UHGV virus genome: UHGV-0096064
Strand: one strand, 5' to 3'
Origin: a virus
Length of the DNA: 64,000 nucleotides
The translations under genes and the position numbers were made by a program. The first letter of the stretch is position 1. Every line of letters begins with the position of its first letter. The notes under the pieces were generated by a model. It saw only the letters and a program-made list of their open reading frames with translations, did no database searches and was not told the DNA's origin. Below, one piece after another: positions 27,622-37,474 of the stretch.

Positions 27622-29592
27622 TTACATGCTACCCGCAGGCAGTTGCGCGGCATCCTGCGATGGGGCGGCTGCCGCAGCCGACATATCTCCTGCATCCCCT
27701 GCGGGCAACGCCGTCGCCCCGTTGGGGCCGGGCGTACTGGATGGAACGGGCGAAACAGGCGTGAGGAACTCTTTCGGAACACCCATATTGCCAAGCACGT
27801 TATTCAAAGCCCACGCCATAATCGCCATCCCATTCGGCATCTGGGCAAGCTGCTGCCCGGCGGAAGCAGTCAACTGCAAAATCTCATACGAATTTTGACG
27901 GTCTATTTCCCGTTGTAACAGACCAGTTGCCCCCTGTGCAAGCACCTTGCAGTCGCCCTTCACGGACGGGTCTTTGCTGTAGACCATGTTGTAGTTGTAC
28001 AACAACTGGCCCAACGGAGCGAATACGGACTGGTCGATGTTGGCGACGGCGGCCTGCAATGCTTTCTCCGCATTGCCTTGAAGCATCGCGGCACCACGGA
28101 AGGTACGGTTCACACCGGAACCCTGCGCCGTCCCGTGCAGCGCCGCCGGGATATTGGACACTCTGTCCACCAAAGCCATAAAGTATTCAAGGACTTGGAG
28201 GTAGGAACCCATGACGCTTGGGATGTCGTAGAACCGCAGGGCCGGGTTGTTTCCGCTGACCTCCCCATCCGCCAAGTAGACGGTGTTGGGGACAAGCCGG
28301 GCGATGTCCTCGTCCGTCATGTACTTGCTCAAGCGGGCGTAATCGGCTTCCACGATGGGGCCGGATGAACTGGCCGCGTTCATCACCAGATACCGCAGAA
28401 CCGTGAGGTAGCAACGCTCCACGTCCCGGATACGCTGCGGGATGCTGAAACTTGGGATGCGGTCATGGGTCTTGTAAAAGCTCGCCGTGAACACCGGACG
28501 GACATTCAGATTCGGATTCGGCTGGACAACCACCTGAACCGTATGTCCTTTGATGACCGTCACCATCGCGTTGTAAAATTCCAAATCCTCAACGTGGGTG
28601 ATGCCATACGTCCGCAGCTCCTTACCGCTGAAATACCCATAGTGGATGAGCACGTCGATGGTGGCAGAGCAGTTGGCCCACAGGACAAGGCGGTTATCCG
28701 GCTGGTCGGGGTTCTCGGACAACCACTGGAACTCATAGTTGCTGTCCTTCTCCGCTTCCTCCAGAACCTTGATGATGTTCTCCTTGATGTAACTGTTCAT
28801 CCGGGCAGCTTCCATCAACTTCTGCCGCGTCCACCGCTGGCGAAGGAAGATGCCCGTGCCCCGCTGTGTGTCGGGACTGTCAGGAGAATACCAGAAATCC
28901 CACGGGGATACGGAGTGGAACTCGTAGAACGTCTCCAGTTTGGTGGCGAGCTTGTCCCCATCCCACTGGAGGCGCGGCCTGCGAGTCGGCACCGGGCCAT
29001 GCAGGACAGCGAACGGGTAGACGGTGAAGTCCGTGGCGAACCCATACATCGCCGTATTCCATCCGCCCTCAATGCACTGGTCGGTCATGAGCTTTTCCAT
29101 GCCGTCAGCCGCACGCTTGGCGAAGTCGTACTCCTTCCGCATCACCGCAGTCTTCAACGACCGGACAAGTTCAGTAAGGTCGCCCGTATACTGGTTGTTG
29201 AAGATTTCATTCTGCAACTGAGAGAGCACCTCGTACCGCCCGGACTCGGACAGGGACGGGATGGGAGTAGGCTGAATCGTCCAAGGCAAGGCGTTGCCCT
29301 GAACCAACGTCTCGGTAAGATACGACTGGACAAGACCGGACTTCATCGCCGTGATGTTGACGTAGGCATCCACCCCAATCTCATCGGCAATCTGCCTGTC
29401 CGGGCCGGAAAGGTTCCCATTGAACTGGTCGTAGCATTCGCGCAAAACCTGACGAAGAGGCTTGTCGCCCACAAGTTCCTGCGACTGCCAACGGATGGCC
29501 TCATTGAACCGCGTGAGCGTGATGTGGGCCAGAGGGTCGCGAGCTTTCGGCGGCACTTCTATGGTTTTTGCATAATTATATACATCTGCCAT
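27622..29592 (-). CDS. putative portal protein
   Basis: 656-aa acidic protein. Its start overlaps the stop of the large terminase. Size and position fit a portal; no motif confirmation. Confidence 0.5.
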   Translation of the reverse strand: MADVYNYAKTIEVPPKARDPLAHITLTRFNEAIRWQSQELVGDKPLRQVLRECYDQFNGNLSGPDRQIADEIGVDAYVNITAMKSGLVQSYLTETLVQGNALPWTIQPTPIPSLSESGRYEVLSQLQNEIFNNQYTGDLTELVRSLKTAVMRKEYDFAKRAADGMEKLMTDQCIEGGWNTAMYGFATDFTVYPFAVLHGPVPTRRPRLQWDGDKLATKLETFYEFHSVSPWDFWYSPDSPDTQRGTGIFLRQRWTRQKLMEAARMNSYIKENIIKVLEEAEKDSNYEFQWLSENPDQPDNRLVLWANCSATIDVLIHYGYFSGKELRTYGITHVEDLEFYNAMVTVIKGHTVQVVVQPNPNLNVRPVFTASFYKTHDRIPSFSIPQRIRDVERCYLTVLRYLVMNAASSSGPIVEADYARLSKYMTDEDIARLVPNTVYLADGEVSGNNPALRFYDIPSVMGSYLQVLEYFMALVDRVSNIPAALHGTAQGSGVNRTFRGAAMLQGNAEKALQAAVANIDQSVFAPLGQLLYNYNMVYSKDPSVKGDCKVLAQGATGLLQREIDRQNSYEILQLTASAGQQLAQMPNGMAIMAWALNNVLGNMGVPKEFLTPVSPVPSSTPGPNGATALPAGDAGDMSAAAAAPSQDAAQLPAGSM

Positions 29593-31199
29593 TACATTAC
29601 CTTTCGCAAAATTTTGCGGCGTTGCGCCAACCTACGGACGACTTGCGAAGCCTTTACGTCATTGGCTGTTTCTTCCCGGCAAATATACATGGCCCCATAC
29701 TGGACGGCGTCTGCGATGTGGGAGTACATATTTTTCTCAGGCTTGGCATCATATGCCGCGCCCACGGAACCCATAACCCGCAAACGCTTATACCTATACC
29801 CACCCTGAAACGCCTTGATTGTCAAGCTGCAATGTGGCGATATGATGATGCCGCCAGCATTTTTGTTCAAGAGCTGGTCGACGGCACGGATACGAGTCTT
29901 CGGGTCATTGGTCTTCGGCATATACACCTCGAACCCTTTCTGCTCAAGGTGGGTACTTGGAGCCAATCCCGTATAGGCGTCCTTGGCGTTGGCCGGGTCA
30001 CAGGCAACAATGATGTTGCACTTCGGATACTTGGACAGGATAAGGGGCATGAACGCCTGTTCAATGAACGCCTCCATCCCAAGGCCCTCACCATACAGCT
30101 CATCGACAATAGCCCACCGTCCCTGATTCTGTTGGAAGAAAACCGCGCCCGGATGGATGCCGGAAGTGTCGTACCCGATAATGGTGGTGCTGTACGGAAT
30201 GGGCTCAATCTCGTTCCGGGCGACATGGGTGTCGTACTTGAACATGGGCCACACGGGTTTACCATCCCTCATCGGGACGTCGAGCATACAGAACAGGGAG
30301 TCGATTTTATCCGTCCGGCCTTCAAGCTGCCACGCCGCCATCTGGTTCCGGTAGTAGTCCATCCCCTTCTCACGAAGAAACTCTTCCTGTTTCTCGACGG
30401 GCCATTCGTTGAAATCGTCCGGCTTCGCCTTGGCTCCGAGATTCCGCAGGTTCTCGGCGTTGGGGTTCGTCTCGTACCGGACATTACCCAAGTCGTCTTC
30501 AATCTTGAACGCTGCCGGGGGCTGCTCGAATATCTCCCAATTCGGCTCAGGGTGAGCTTTCATGTGCAGGAGGAAGTGACCCTGCGGCGGCTGGTTGGTA
30601 TCAATCAGGAGGCCAGCATAGGAGCAACCGCCCATGTCATCAGAAGGATAACGACCCACACGGCCCAGAGCACTGACGAGGATTTCATAGTCGATACTGG
30701 TCGCTTCGTTGATGATGGCGAATGACCAGTTCTTTGACTTTAATTTTTCAGCATCCTCGGCAGCTTGGAGGGCAATCAGCTCGAACTCGACCTGCGCGAT
30801 TGTCCCCATTCCCGGCTGCCACGGCTGGTGGAATTGCAGCCACTCATAGGAACCATCACCCACCGGGAAACGATAGACCCCCTTGATGGGAGAACCACCG
30901 AGACGGATGGTGCCGAACTTCGACGGAAAAACCTCCAGAATGCTCTCTCGCGTCGTGGAAACGAGTTCAGGATATGTACCACGGATAACCCCGATTCGTG
31001 TGTACCTGACCCCATCAGGGGCCGGATTTTGGGCAAGACAATAAAACTTCGCGTCGTTCATAATCATGCAGGTCTTGCCCGAACCATACGGCCCGAAAAT
31101 CAACTTCACGACTGCATCCGAGTCGTGGAACTTTATCCCCGTAGGAGAGGGTATGTAATTGAAATCAGGAATAAACATGAGGTTACTCCGTATAATCAA
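29592..31199 (-). CDS. terL: terminase large subunit
   Basis: Walker A GPYGSGKT near the N-terminus, Walker B-like VDELYGEG, and an Asp-rich C-terminal nuclease-like region. 535 aa. Confidence 0.85.
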   Translation of the reverse strand: MIIRSNLMFIPDFNYIPSPTGIKFHDSDAVVKLIFGPYGSGKTCMIMNDAKFYCLAQNPAPDGVRYTRIGVIRGTYPELVSTTRESILEVFPSKFGTIRLGGSPIKGVYRFPVGDGSYEWLQFHQPWQPGMGTIAQVEFELIALQAAEDAEKLKSKNWSFAIINEATSIDYEILVSALGRVGRYPSDDMGGCSYAGLLIDTNQPPQGHFLLHMKAHPEPNWEIFEQPPAAFKIEDDLGNVRYETNPNAENLRNLGAKAKPDDFNEWPVEKQEEFLREKGMDYYRNQMAAWQLEGRTDKIDSLFCMLDVPMRDGKPVWPMFKYDTHVARNEIEPIPYSTTIIGYDTSGIHPGAVFFQQNQGRWAIVDELYGEGLGMEAFIEQAFMPLILSKYPKCNIIVACDPANAKDAYTGLAPSTHLEQKGFEVYMPKTNDPKTRIRAVDQLLNKNAGGIIISPHCSLTIKAFQGGYRYKRLRVMGSVGAAYDAKPEKNMYSHIADAVQYGAMYICREETANDVKASQVVRRLAQRRKILRKVM

Positions 31200-31755
31200 T
31201 CACATTGGTCTGCGGCTGCGCCATGATGTGCGCCAACTTCTTGTTGGTCGGCAGCTTCGGGATATTGAAAGAAATGTTCACAGCCGTCTGGTTCACGTTC
31301 CCGCCCTCGTTCTTGTTCTCGACAGGAGCATCCATGCCCGCGCTCCGCATCAGGATGGACAAGAGCTGGAGCATGGCCTTGTCTTCCATCTCGCCGCTCT
31401 TGGCCCGGAGATACAGGCGCTCCTGCAAGTCGCTGACCAATGACTCGGTACGGATACGGTAGCTGGCGAACGGCCCAAGTTCCCGCAGCCTAGCCATCTC
31501 GGACTTCACGAGGTCGACGAAGACCGGGAGCTTCATCAGGTGGACGAAGTCCTCAGCCGGGATGTCATAAGACTTGGCGATGTCCGAGGCCGTATATACG
31601 GTGCCCGATTGCGGTTGGGACATCAGAGCGATGTCCCGCGCAATCATGGGCCACTGATGCTGCTTTTTCAACAGCAACGGCGATAAATCCAAGGGTGTAT
31701 TCATTGCAGGCATAACCAACCACCTAGGGAGAAAGGGGGCCTTTCGACCCCCCAT
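31183..31755 (-). CDS. putative terminase small subunit
   Basis: 190-aa protein immediately upstream of and overlapping terL. Called from position only. Confidence 0.4.
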   Translation of the reverse strand: MGGRKAPFLPRWLVMPAMNTPLDLSPLLLKKQHQWPMIARDIALMSQPQSGTVYTASDIAKSYDIPAEDFVHLMKLPVFVDLVKSEMARLRELGPFASYRIRTESLVSDLQERLYLRAKSGEMEDKAMLQLLSILMRSAGMDAPVENKNEGGNVNQTAVNISFNIPKLPTNKKLAHIMAQPQTNVIDYTE

Positions 31756-31759
31756 TTGC

Positions 31760-34700
31760 TTACTTGAACCGGATGAGGGCCGCAGCTGCAGTCTGGTTCG
31801 TGTTACCGGACACGCTAATCTTCACAGCCTTGCCAGCCAGCGCGGAGATGGCGGTGGCGCGGGTGCCAATCGTCACCGCAGAACCCGAAGAGAACTCAGG
31901 CTCAATGGAGAACGTCAGCGCATTGGCCCCGGCACCGTCCGCTTCCTTGGCGATAAGCTGCACCGTGGAGCGATCACCCGGAATGAAGGTGTGGATGATC
32001 GGAATCGTAGCACTGGACTCGAAGGTGTAGTACAGCGGCATGTCGGCATAATCAGCCGCATCCACAGCATTCGTGACCTGAGTCTTCAGCCAATCCGCAT
32101 TCACAGACACCCCGGCAGCTTCCACCTTGATACCGCCGTTGACCTTGGCATTCACCGCCACAGACTTGGTGCCCGTACCGGAGATGGTCACACCGTTCCC
32201 GGCGGCCACCTTATCGCCCGTGTCCACGTTTTCCGCCAACCATGTGGTGTTGACGGAGATACCGCGGGCGTCGACGGTGATACCACCATCGGCCTTAGCC
32301 TTGGCAGTGATGGTCTTCGTGGTCGTACCGGAAATGATCACACCGTTCCCGGCGGCTACCTTGTCGCCAGTATCCACGTTTTTAGCCAGCCAATCGACGC
32401 TGACCGAGATACCCGTGGAGTCGACCAGAATACCGCCGTCCGGCTTCGCCTTGGCAGCCACGGTCTTCGTCCCGGTTCCGGTCAGGGTGATGCCGTTGCC
32501 AGCCGTAACCTTGTCGCCGACCTTACCGGCCAGCCAAGATGCATCGACATAAACACCACTGGCATCGACCACGAGACCACTGGCAGCCTTCACCTTGACG
32601 GTAATCGTCTTAGTGTCAGTACCCTTAACGATCACACCGTTACCCGCAGCGACCTTGTCCCCGGCGGTAGTATGTTTGGCAAGCCATGCGGCATCAACAG
32701 AGACACCCGTTTCATCAACGACAATGCCGCCGTCAGTTTTGGCCTTGACTTGGAAAGTCGAAAGCGCCAGTTCAAGACCATCACCCGCTTCATAATCACG
32801 CACATGCTTCTTGAAGAAGCTATACGTGATAATAGCCTCATTAATGGGATTCTGAGGCGTCATCGGCGCGACACCGTAAGGTGAAGGTGTATCTCGCAAT
32901 TCCGTAAAAATAGGAAGCACAACACCGAGAGAAGCCACTTGGTCATCCGCAGCTCCCTGAACAATATTCATCAGGATAGTGTGGTCTGTGGGAGAGACAT
33001 TATGGCTAATGCTGGACAGCAACTTGCCGCCACCAACCCCGTAAGTCGTAACCAGATTGGCCCGGCCTGTTTCCTTAGTCAGAGCCGAACTCACCACAGC
33101 AATATGCTGAGTAATAGTCCCGTCCTGATTCAGCTTACCAGTAAAAGCCTTAAGGTCGGCAATGGTCTGATCACCGGAAGTACGGACAACCGTATCATCC
33201 ACGGCGATGCCAGCGGCAGCCACCTCGATACCGTCACCCGCCTTGGCGGAGATAGTATCGGAAGCAATGGCAATACCATTGCCAGCCTTGTAGTTGCTGG
33301 CCGCATGCTCAGACAGCCACTCGGTGTCCACGGAGATGCCGTCAGCGTCCACGATGATGCCGCCCTCAGCCTTGGCCTTGGCCGCAACCGTCTTGTTCGT
33401 CCCGTTCGCCGTGATGGACACGCCGTTACCAGCGACCACGGTGTCACCGCCAGCATGGTCTTTCAACCACTCCTCGTCGATGAACACGCCGTTCTCGTTG
33501 ACGATAAGGCCGCCATCAGCACCCGGCTTCACGGAAATGTTTTTGGTGGTATCTTGATCAACGATGGTAACACCGCTACCAGCGGAAACGATGTCACCCT
33601 TGTCATGCTGCGCCAGCCAGTCCGTATCAATGTGGAGGCCATAGCTGTCGACCAACAGGCCCGCATCCAGCTTGACCTTGGCGTTGATGGTGGTGGTGGT
33701 GTCAGTCTCGGCACTGAAACTGATACCGTCGCCCGGCTTGTACTCCATCACCTTGGGCAAATCGTCGGCAGACAGGTACGCACCCTTGTCAGAGCCTACG
33801 TTGATGAGGTTGCCCTCATCACTGGAGACCACGTTGACGGTGAACTTCCCTTCGGAGTCGAACGTCAGAGCGTTTTCCTCGTCTTTGGTGGACACCATCG
33901 TCGACATATCGACACTCAGCTCATCAGCTTCGGTGAAGCTCAGGTGTCCATCAGCGGCAGCCTTCACGGAAATCTTGAACCCGTTGAAGATGATACCGTT
34001 GCCAGCGACATAATCGCCGCCCAAGCAGTGTTCCTCAATCCACTTCTCGTCGATGTAAACGCCGGAATCGTCGATGAGGATACCGCCAGCATCCTTCGGC
34101 TTGACCGCGATGGACTTGGCATCCTCGCCCTCGGTCACGGTAATGCCGAGACCAGCGTCGACCTTGTCGCCAAGCTGAGGCGTGAGCCACTCGGTGTCCA
34201 CACCCACGCCATTCTCGCCGACAGTCAGGCCGCCTTCGGGGTCAACCTTAACGGAAACGGTCGCATCAGAACCGGACAGGGAGACGTTGATACCATCCCC
34301 GGCCACAGGTTTCGGCGCATGTTCGCCAAGCCACTCCTCATCCACATAAACGCCATCGGCATCGGTACGGATACCGCCGCCAGCTTTCGTCTTCGTGGCA
34401 ACGCCATCGGCGTCCTTGCGCAGACCCCCAAGGGGATTCAGCTTCACGGCCAGACCACCCTGAGAACCTTCGGAAGAGGCACCAGCGGCGAGGCACTCAA
34501 GGCCGGACGTGTTGTCGTTGGCGGCGGTCAAGTCCATCTTCACGGCGATAGTCTTGACGAACTCGTCATCCCCAGTAAGGGCGATACCACAACCCGCCTG
34601 AACCTTGTCGGAACGCTTGGCGAGCCAGTCCTCATCAATACTCAGACCATTGGCCGCGTTGCACAGGATACCACCGTCTTCATGGAGACGGACGATAATC

Positions 34701-36175
34701 TGCTTCCCGTCCATCTCGATGCCGCAACCGGAAGTGTACGGGTCAACCCGAAGCTGACCGGACTCGTCGACATACAGGTCGTTATCGTCGCCACCAGTAC
34801 CCACAATCTTGCTGGTGTCCACGGCGATGCCGCCGTCTTCACCGAGCTTGAGGGTGCCGTCCTCGCTCAGATGCACCATGATGGGAGACACCGACGCACC
34901 GGAAATGGTCTGAGCCGCACCGAACATGAGGCCGGACTTGGCGATGAGGGGCAGGTCGAGGTACCCATTGTGGCAGGCAAGGCCGTTGTAGGGCTTGCCC
35001 GTGGTGCCGTCGCCGCGCAGGAGCACGGAGATGACATCGTTGGCAACCTTGATGCCGCAGCCACCAGTGTAGTTGTCGATGAAATCATCCACGTTCACAT
35101 ACACATCGACCACGTTGCCGTTCGACAGGAGATAGACGAAGCGCATATACTTGCCGGGGATGATGCCGACGCCGGGGGTGAAAGTGGCGGAACCCGTCAG
35201 CTTCATGCCAGTCAGCGCCTTCCAGTTGATGGTCAGGAGAGACCCGTCAGCGAACCGGAAGGTGGTCGGCTGCGTGGAGACAACGGCGGACTCACGGTGG
35301 TCTTCGAGGAAGGAGGCGCGGGCCACTTCGGGCCACAGGCCGGAGTGCTCGGCATCAAGCTCATACTCGAAGTCGATGGTCTGTTCGACGTTCAGCTTCG
35401 TGTGGAACTTGAGGCCCATCCCGCCGTCGAAGTCGTAGTCGCCGTACTTCATCGCGATGGACAGCATGTAGTCGCCTACCGTGTCCTCTTCGCCGGAAGC
35501 GTCAGGTTTGCCGTCCACGATGTAAACGGCGCGCAGGGAAGAGGTCGAGGTCATGATGGTCACGGTATCAACCACGACCCCATCATGCCCGGTGATGTTG
35601 AGCTTGCCAGTGTTGGCATCGTACTCAACGCCGACCTCGGAAGAAATCTTCCCGTTGTTCCCCTCGTAGAGAATCTTGTCGTTGCGGTTGACCAGCGAGT
35701 CGAAGTCGGCGTAAGCGCCGCCGTCTTCACCGCGTTCGAGAAGGTTGCCGTCATCCTTGGAGATGACTTCGAGAACCTCGAACACGTCCTCACGGGTCAG
35801 CTTGATTTTGCCGTCCACCTCACTGATTGTCAGAAGGTTGATGACGGCGTTGGACAGGATGTCGTTCCCGTCAATCTTGACGCCGCCATCGGAACCGAAG
35901 CCGAGCATGTTGTCCGCGTCGGCGGAAATCTTCGGTTCGGCGGGCAGGGCGAACAGCTTGCCGTCCACACCGAGCTTGATGATGTTGTTGTCCGTCGCGC
36001 TGACGAAATCGTCAGCCTTCACGGACAGGCCGTCAGCAAGGTTCTTGAGCAGGTTCACGCCGTCCGTGGACACGGGGACGAAAACGGGACTGAGGAGGGA
36101 ACCCTCGGTCGCCGATACGTGTTTCTTCCCATCGACAGACAGCGTAACCGGAGTAAAAAAGATAGCCACAGGCAT
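31760..36175 (-). CDS. tail fibre or appendage protein (1471 aa) with many tandem ~42-aa beta-repeats
   Basis: Repeated units of the form DGGIxVDxxGVxVDxxWLaxhxxxGDKVAAGNGVxIxGTxTKTITxKAKA occur 8-10 times (e.g. GGIVVDETGVSVDAAWLAKH, GGILVDSTGISVSVDWLAKN, GGITVDARGISVNTTWLAEN). Lies upstream of the terminase genes. Confidence 0.75.
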   Translation of the reverse strand: MPVAIFFTPVTLSVDGKKHVSATEGSLLSPVFVPVSTDGVNLLKNLADGLSVKADDFVSATDNNIIKLGVDGKLFALPAEPKISADADNMLGFGSDGGVKIDGNDILSNAVINLLTISEVDGKIKLTREDVFEVLEVISKDDGNLLERGEDGGAYADFDSLVNRNDKILYEGNNGKISSEVGVEYDANTGKLNITGHDGVVVDTVTIMTSTSSLRAVYIVDGKPDASGEEDTVGDYMLSIAMKYGDYDFDGGMGLKFHTKLNVEQTIDFEYELDAEHSGLWPEVARASFLEDHRESAVVSTQPTTFRFADGSLLTINWKALTGMKLTGSATFTPGVGIIPGKYMRFVYLLSNGNVVDVYVNVDDFIDNYTGGCGIKVANDVISVLLRGDGTTGKPYNGLACHNGYLDLPLIAKSGLMFGAAQTISGASVSPIMVHLSEDGTLKLGEDGGIAVDTSKIVGTGGDDNDLYVDESGQLRVDPYTSGCGIEMDGKQIIVRLHEDGGILCNAANGLSIDEDWLAKRSDKVQAGCGIALTGDDEFVKTIAVKMDLTAANDNTSGLECLAAGASSEGSQGGLAVKLNPLGGLRKDADGVATKTKAGGGIRTDADGVYVDEEWLGEHAPKPVAGDGINVSLSGSDATVSVKVDPEGGLTVGENGVGVDTEWLTPQLGDKVDAGLGITVTEGEDAKSIAVKPKDAGGILIDDSGVYIDEKWIEEHCLGGDYVAGNGIIFNGFKISVKAAADGHLSFTEADELSVDMSTMVSTKDEENALTFDSEGKFTVNVVSSDEGNLINVGSDKGAYLSADDLPKVMEYKPGDGISFSAETDTTTTINAKVKLDAGLLVDSYGLHIDTDWLAQHDKGDIVSAGSGVTIVDQDTTKNISVKPGADGGLIVNENGVFIDEEWLKDHAGGDTVVAGNGVSITANGTNKTVAAKAKAEGGIIVDADGISVDTEWLSEHAASNYKAGNGIAIASDTISAKAGDGIEVAAAGIAVDDTVVRTSGDQTIADLKAFTGKLNQDGTITQHIAVVSSALTKETGRANLVTTYGVGGGKLLSSISHNVSPTDHTILMNIVQGAADDQVASLGVVLPIFTELRDTPSPYGVAPMTPQNPINEAIITYSFFKKHVRDYEAGDGLELALSTFQVKAKTDGGIVVDETGVSVDAAWLAKHTTAGDKVAAGNGVIVKGTDTKTITVKVKAASGLVVDASGVYVDASWLAGKVGDKVTAGNGITLTGTGTKTVAAKAKPDGGILVDSTGISVSVDWLAKNVDTGDKVAAGNGVIISGTTTKTITAKAKADGGITVDARGISVNTTWLAENVDTGDKVAAGNGVTISGTGTKSVAVNAKVNGGIKVEAAGVSVNADWLKTQVTNAVDAADYADMPLYYTFESSATIPIIHTFIPGDRSTVQLIAKEADGAGANALTFSIEPEFSSGSAVTIGTRATAISALAGKAVKISVSGNTNQTAAAALIRFK
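32140..32650. repeat. nucleotide-level tandem repeats (~126-bp unit, ~4 copies) inside the tail fibre gene
   Basis: Near-identical stretches recur at 126-nt spacing, e.g. gataccgttcccggcggcNaccttRtcgcc...gtccacgtttt...gccaRccaNNc. They correspond to the 42-aa protein repeat. Confidence 0.5.
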
Positions 36176-36355
36176 CTCCTGATACTAAAGGTACGTTACT
36201 AGTAAATGACCATATATCATTAATCGCCGCTGCAAGCACAACTGCAATCACAGGAACTGTCACACGCACAATCCCCGGCAGTATGGCCTGCATCAGCGAC
36301 ACCATTGGATGCAATCATAGCGGCGCAAGCTGCAACAGTGAGGGTCACGGTATCG

Positions 36356-36706
36356 TCAGTCGTCCGAAACCGTTCGTACCACAGCTTCTTCGTTTGCCGC
36401 TTGGATGAATCTGATTTCCTCAAACCTGTCATTGGCAACCTCCAGCTTGTCGTCATACTGACGAATGATAAGGAGTAAATCCTCAACCGTACAGATGGTA
36501 TCACCCACGACAGGATGAGGAATAGGAGCAAGCAAATACTCCGGCACCCGCGTCGTATTCACCTTACTCACTTTCAGGGAAGGCGTGCAGCCCACGCACA
36601 AGCTCAGGAGGGATAACAACAGACAGCACGCTGCGAACCTCTTGGCTCTGCGCAGCCATTTTAGACAGACGCTTCTCGAAAGATAGGAACTGTGTCTGGC
36701 GTTCAT
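36356..36706 (-). CDS. putative o-spanin (outer-membrane lipoprotein Rz1-like), overlapped with the i-spanin gene
   Basis: Signal-peptide-like LRRAKRFAACCLLLSLLSLCVGC with a lipobox-like CVGC. Overlaps 36564..36923 by ~143 nt in a different frame. Follows the holin. Protein size and true start are uncertain. Confidence 0.45.
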   Translation of the reverse strand: MNARHSSYLSRSVCLKWLRRAKRFAACCLLLSLLSLCVGCTPSLKVSKVNTTRVPEYLLAPIPHPVVGDTICTVEDLLLIIRQYDDKLEVANDRFEEIRFIQAANEEAVVRTVSDD

Positions 36707-36923
36707 GCTCTCTATTCTCCAACCGTTGCGTCGCTTCTTCCACCCGTGCCGAACGAGCTATTTCTTCTGTCAACACCATATTCATGTCTTGCAGGGATTC
36801 TGTCAACAGCTCGTTGCGCTCACGCAAACTCTCCAACTCCCTGTACCCAAAATAAACCGCCAAGGCAACGACGCCGACAAACACCGCGCCTATGACGGCG
36901 GCAACCTTTTCCACTTCGGACAT
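36564..36923 (-). CDS. putative i-spanin (Rz-like)
   Basis: N-terminal transmembrane helix VAAVIGAVFVGVVALAVYFGY followed by a charged coiled coil (RELESLRERNELLTESLQD...). 119 aa. Immediately downstream of the holin. Confidence 0.55.
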   Translation of the reverse strand: MSEVEKVAAVIGAVFVGVVALAVYFGYRELESLRERNELLTESLQDMNMVLTEEIARSARVEEATQRLENREHERQTQFLSFEKRLSKMAAQSQEVRSVLSVVIPPELVRGLHAFPESE

Positions 36924-37471
36924 GGCGGCACCTTCCCGTTGAGGGCCTCTTCGACATGGCGGCGCACTTCCGGGTCATTCAACTCCACGCTGATATGCGC
37001 GGCCACCCGCTGCCGAAGGACGCCCATAATCTTCTCCAGCACCGGATGGATGGGACAGCCGAGGCTCCGCAGGTTGTTGATGATGCTCGCGGCTTCGGTG
37101 AGGCAGCAACAGAACAGACCCCAATTCACGGCGTAGATGATGACCCCGGAAGTTCGGAAAAAGGCATAGCAAAGAAGCCCCGTGATGACCACCAGCGCCA
37201 TATAGGTCAGGAACTTGCGCATCCAGTGGAACAGGTACTTGGGGTCGAACGTCCCGTAGACTCTGGACTTCAACACGCCCAAGACGAGATCGGCGGATGC
37301 GAACAGGATGTAGATGCCGAAGACGTTGACATCACCATAAAGCACCTCGGTGAAGAATGTAGCGACAGCGGCTATAACCATTTTAGCGTAGTAACCAAAC
37401 ATAAGCTGTCCTGCATAATATACGGTGCTGTCCCGAAGGCTCTCCAAGGACTCTATTACTGCATTCTTCAT
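36890..37471 (-). CDS. putative holin (multi-pass membrane protein)
   Basis: 193 aa with 3-4 hydrophobic helices (MVIAAVATFFTEVLY, GIYILFASADLVLGVL, LTYMALVVITGLLCYAFF, VIIYAVNWGLFCCCL). Sits between the putative hydrolase and the spanins. Confidence 0.5.
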   Translation of the reverse strand: MKNAVIESLESLRDSTVYYAGQLMFGYYAKMVIAAVATFFTEVLYGDVNVFGIYILFASADLVLGVLKSRVYGTFDPKYLFHWMRKFLTYMALVVITGLLCYAFFRTSGVIIYAVNWGLFCCCLTEAASIINNLRSLGCPIHPVLEKIMGVLRQRVAAHISVELNDPEVRRHVEEALNGKVPPCPKWKRLPPS

Positions 37472-37474
37472 AGA

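Noticed and set aside
36220-36531. 103-aa minus-strand ORF ending in a Cys-rich tail (...GDCACDSSCDCSCACSGD) between the o-spanin and the fibre gene
   Set aside because: Overlaps the o-spanin gene for most of its length and lacks an RBS. A 32-aa Cys-rich peptide from the internal Met in the 180-bp gap is possible but unsupported.
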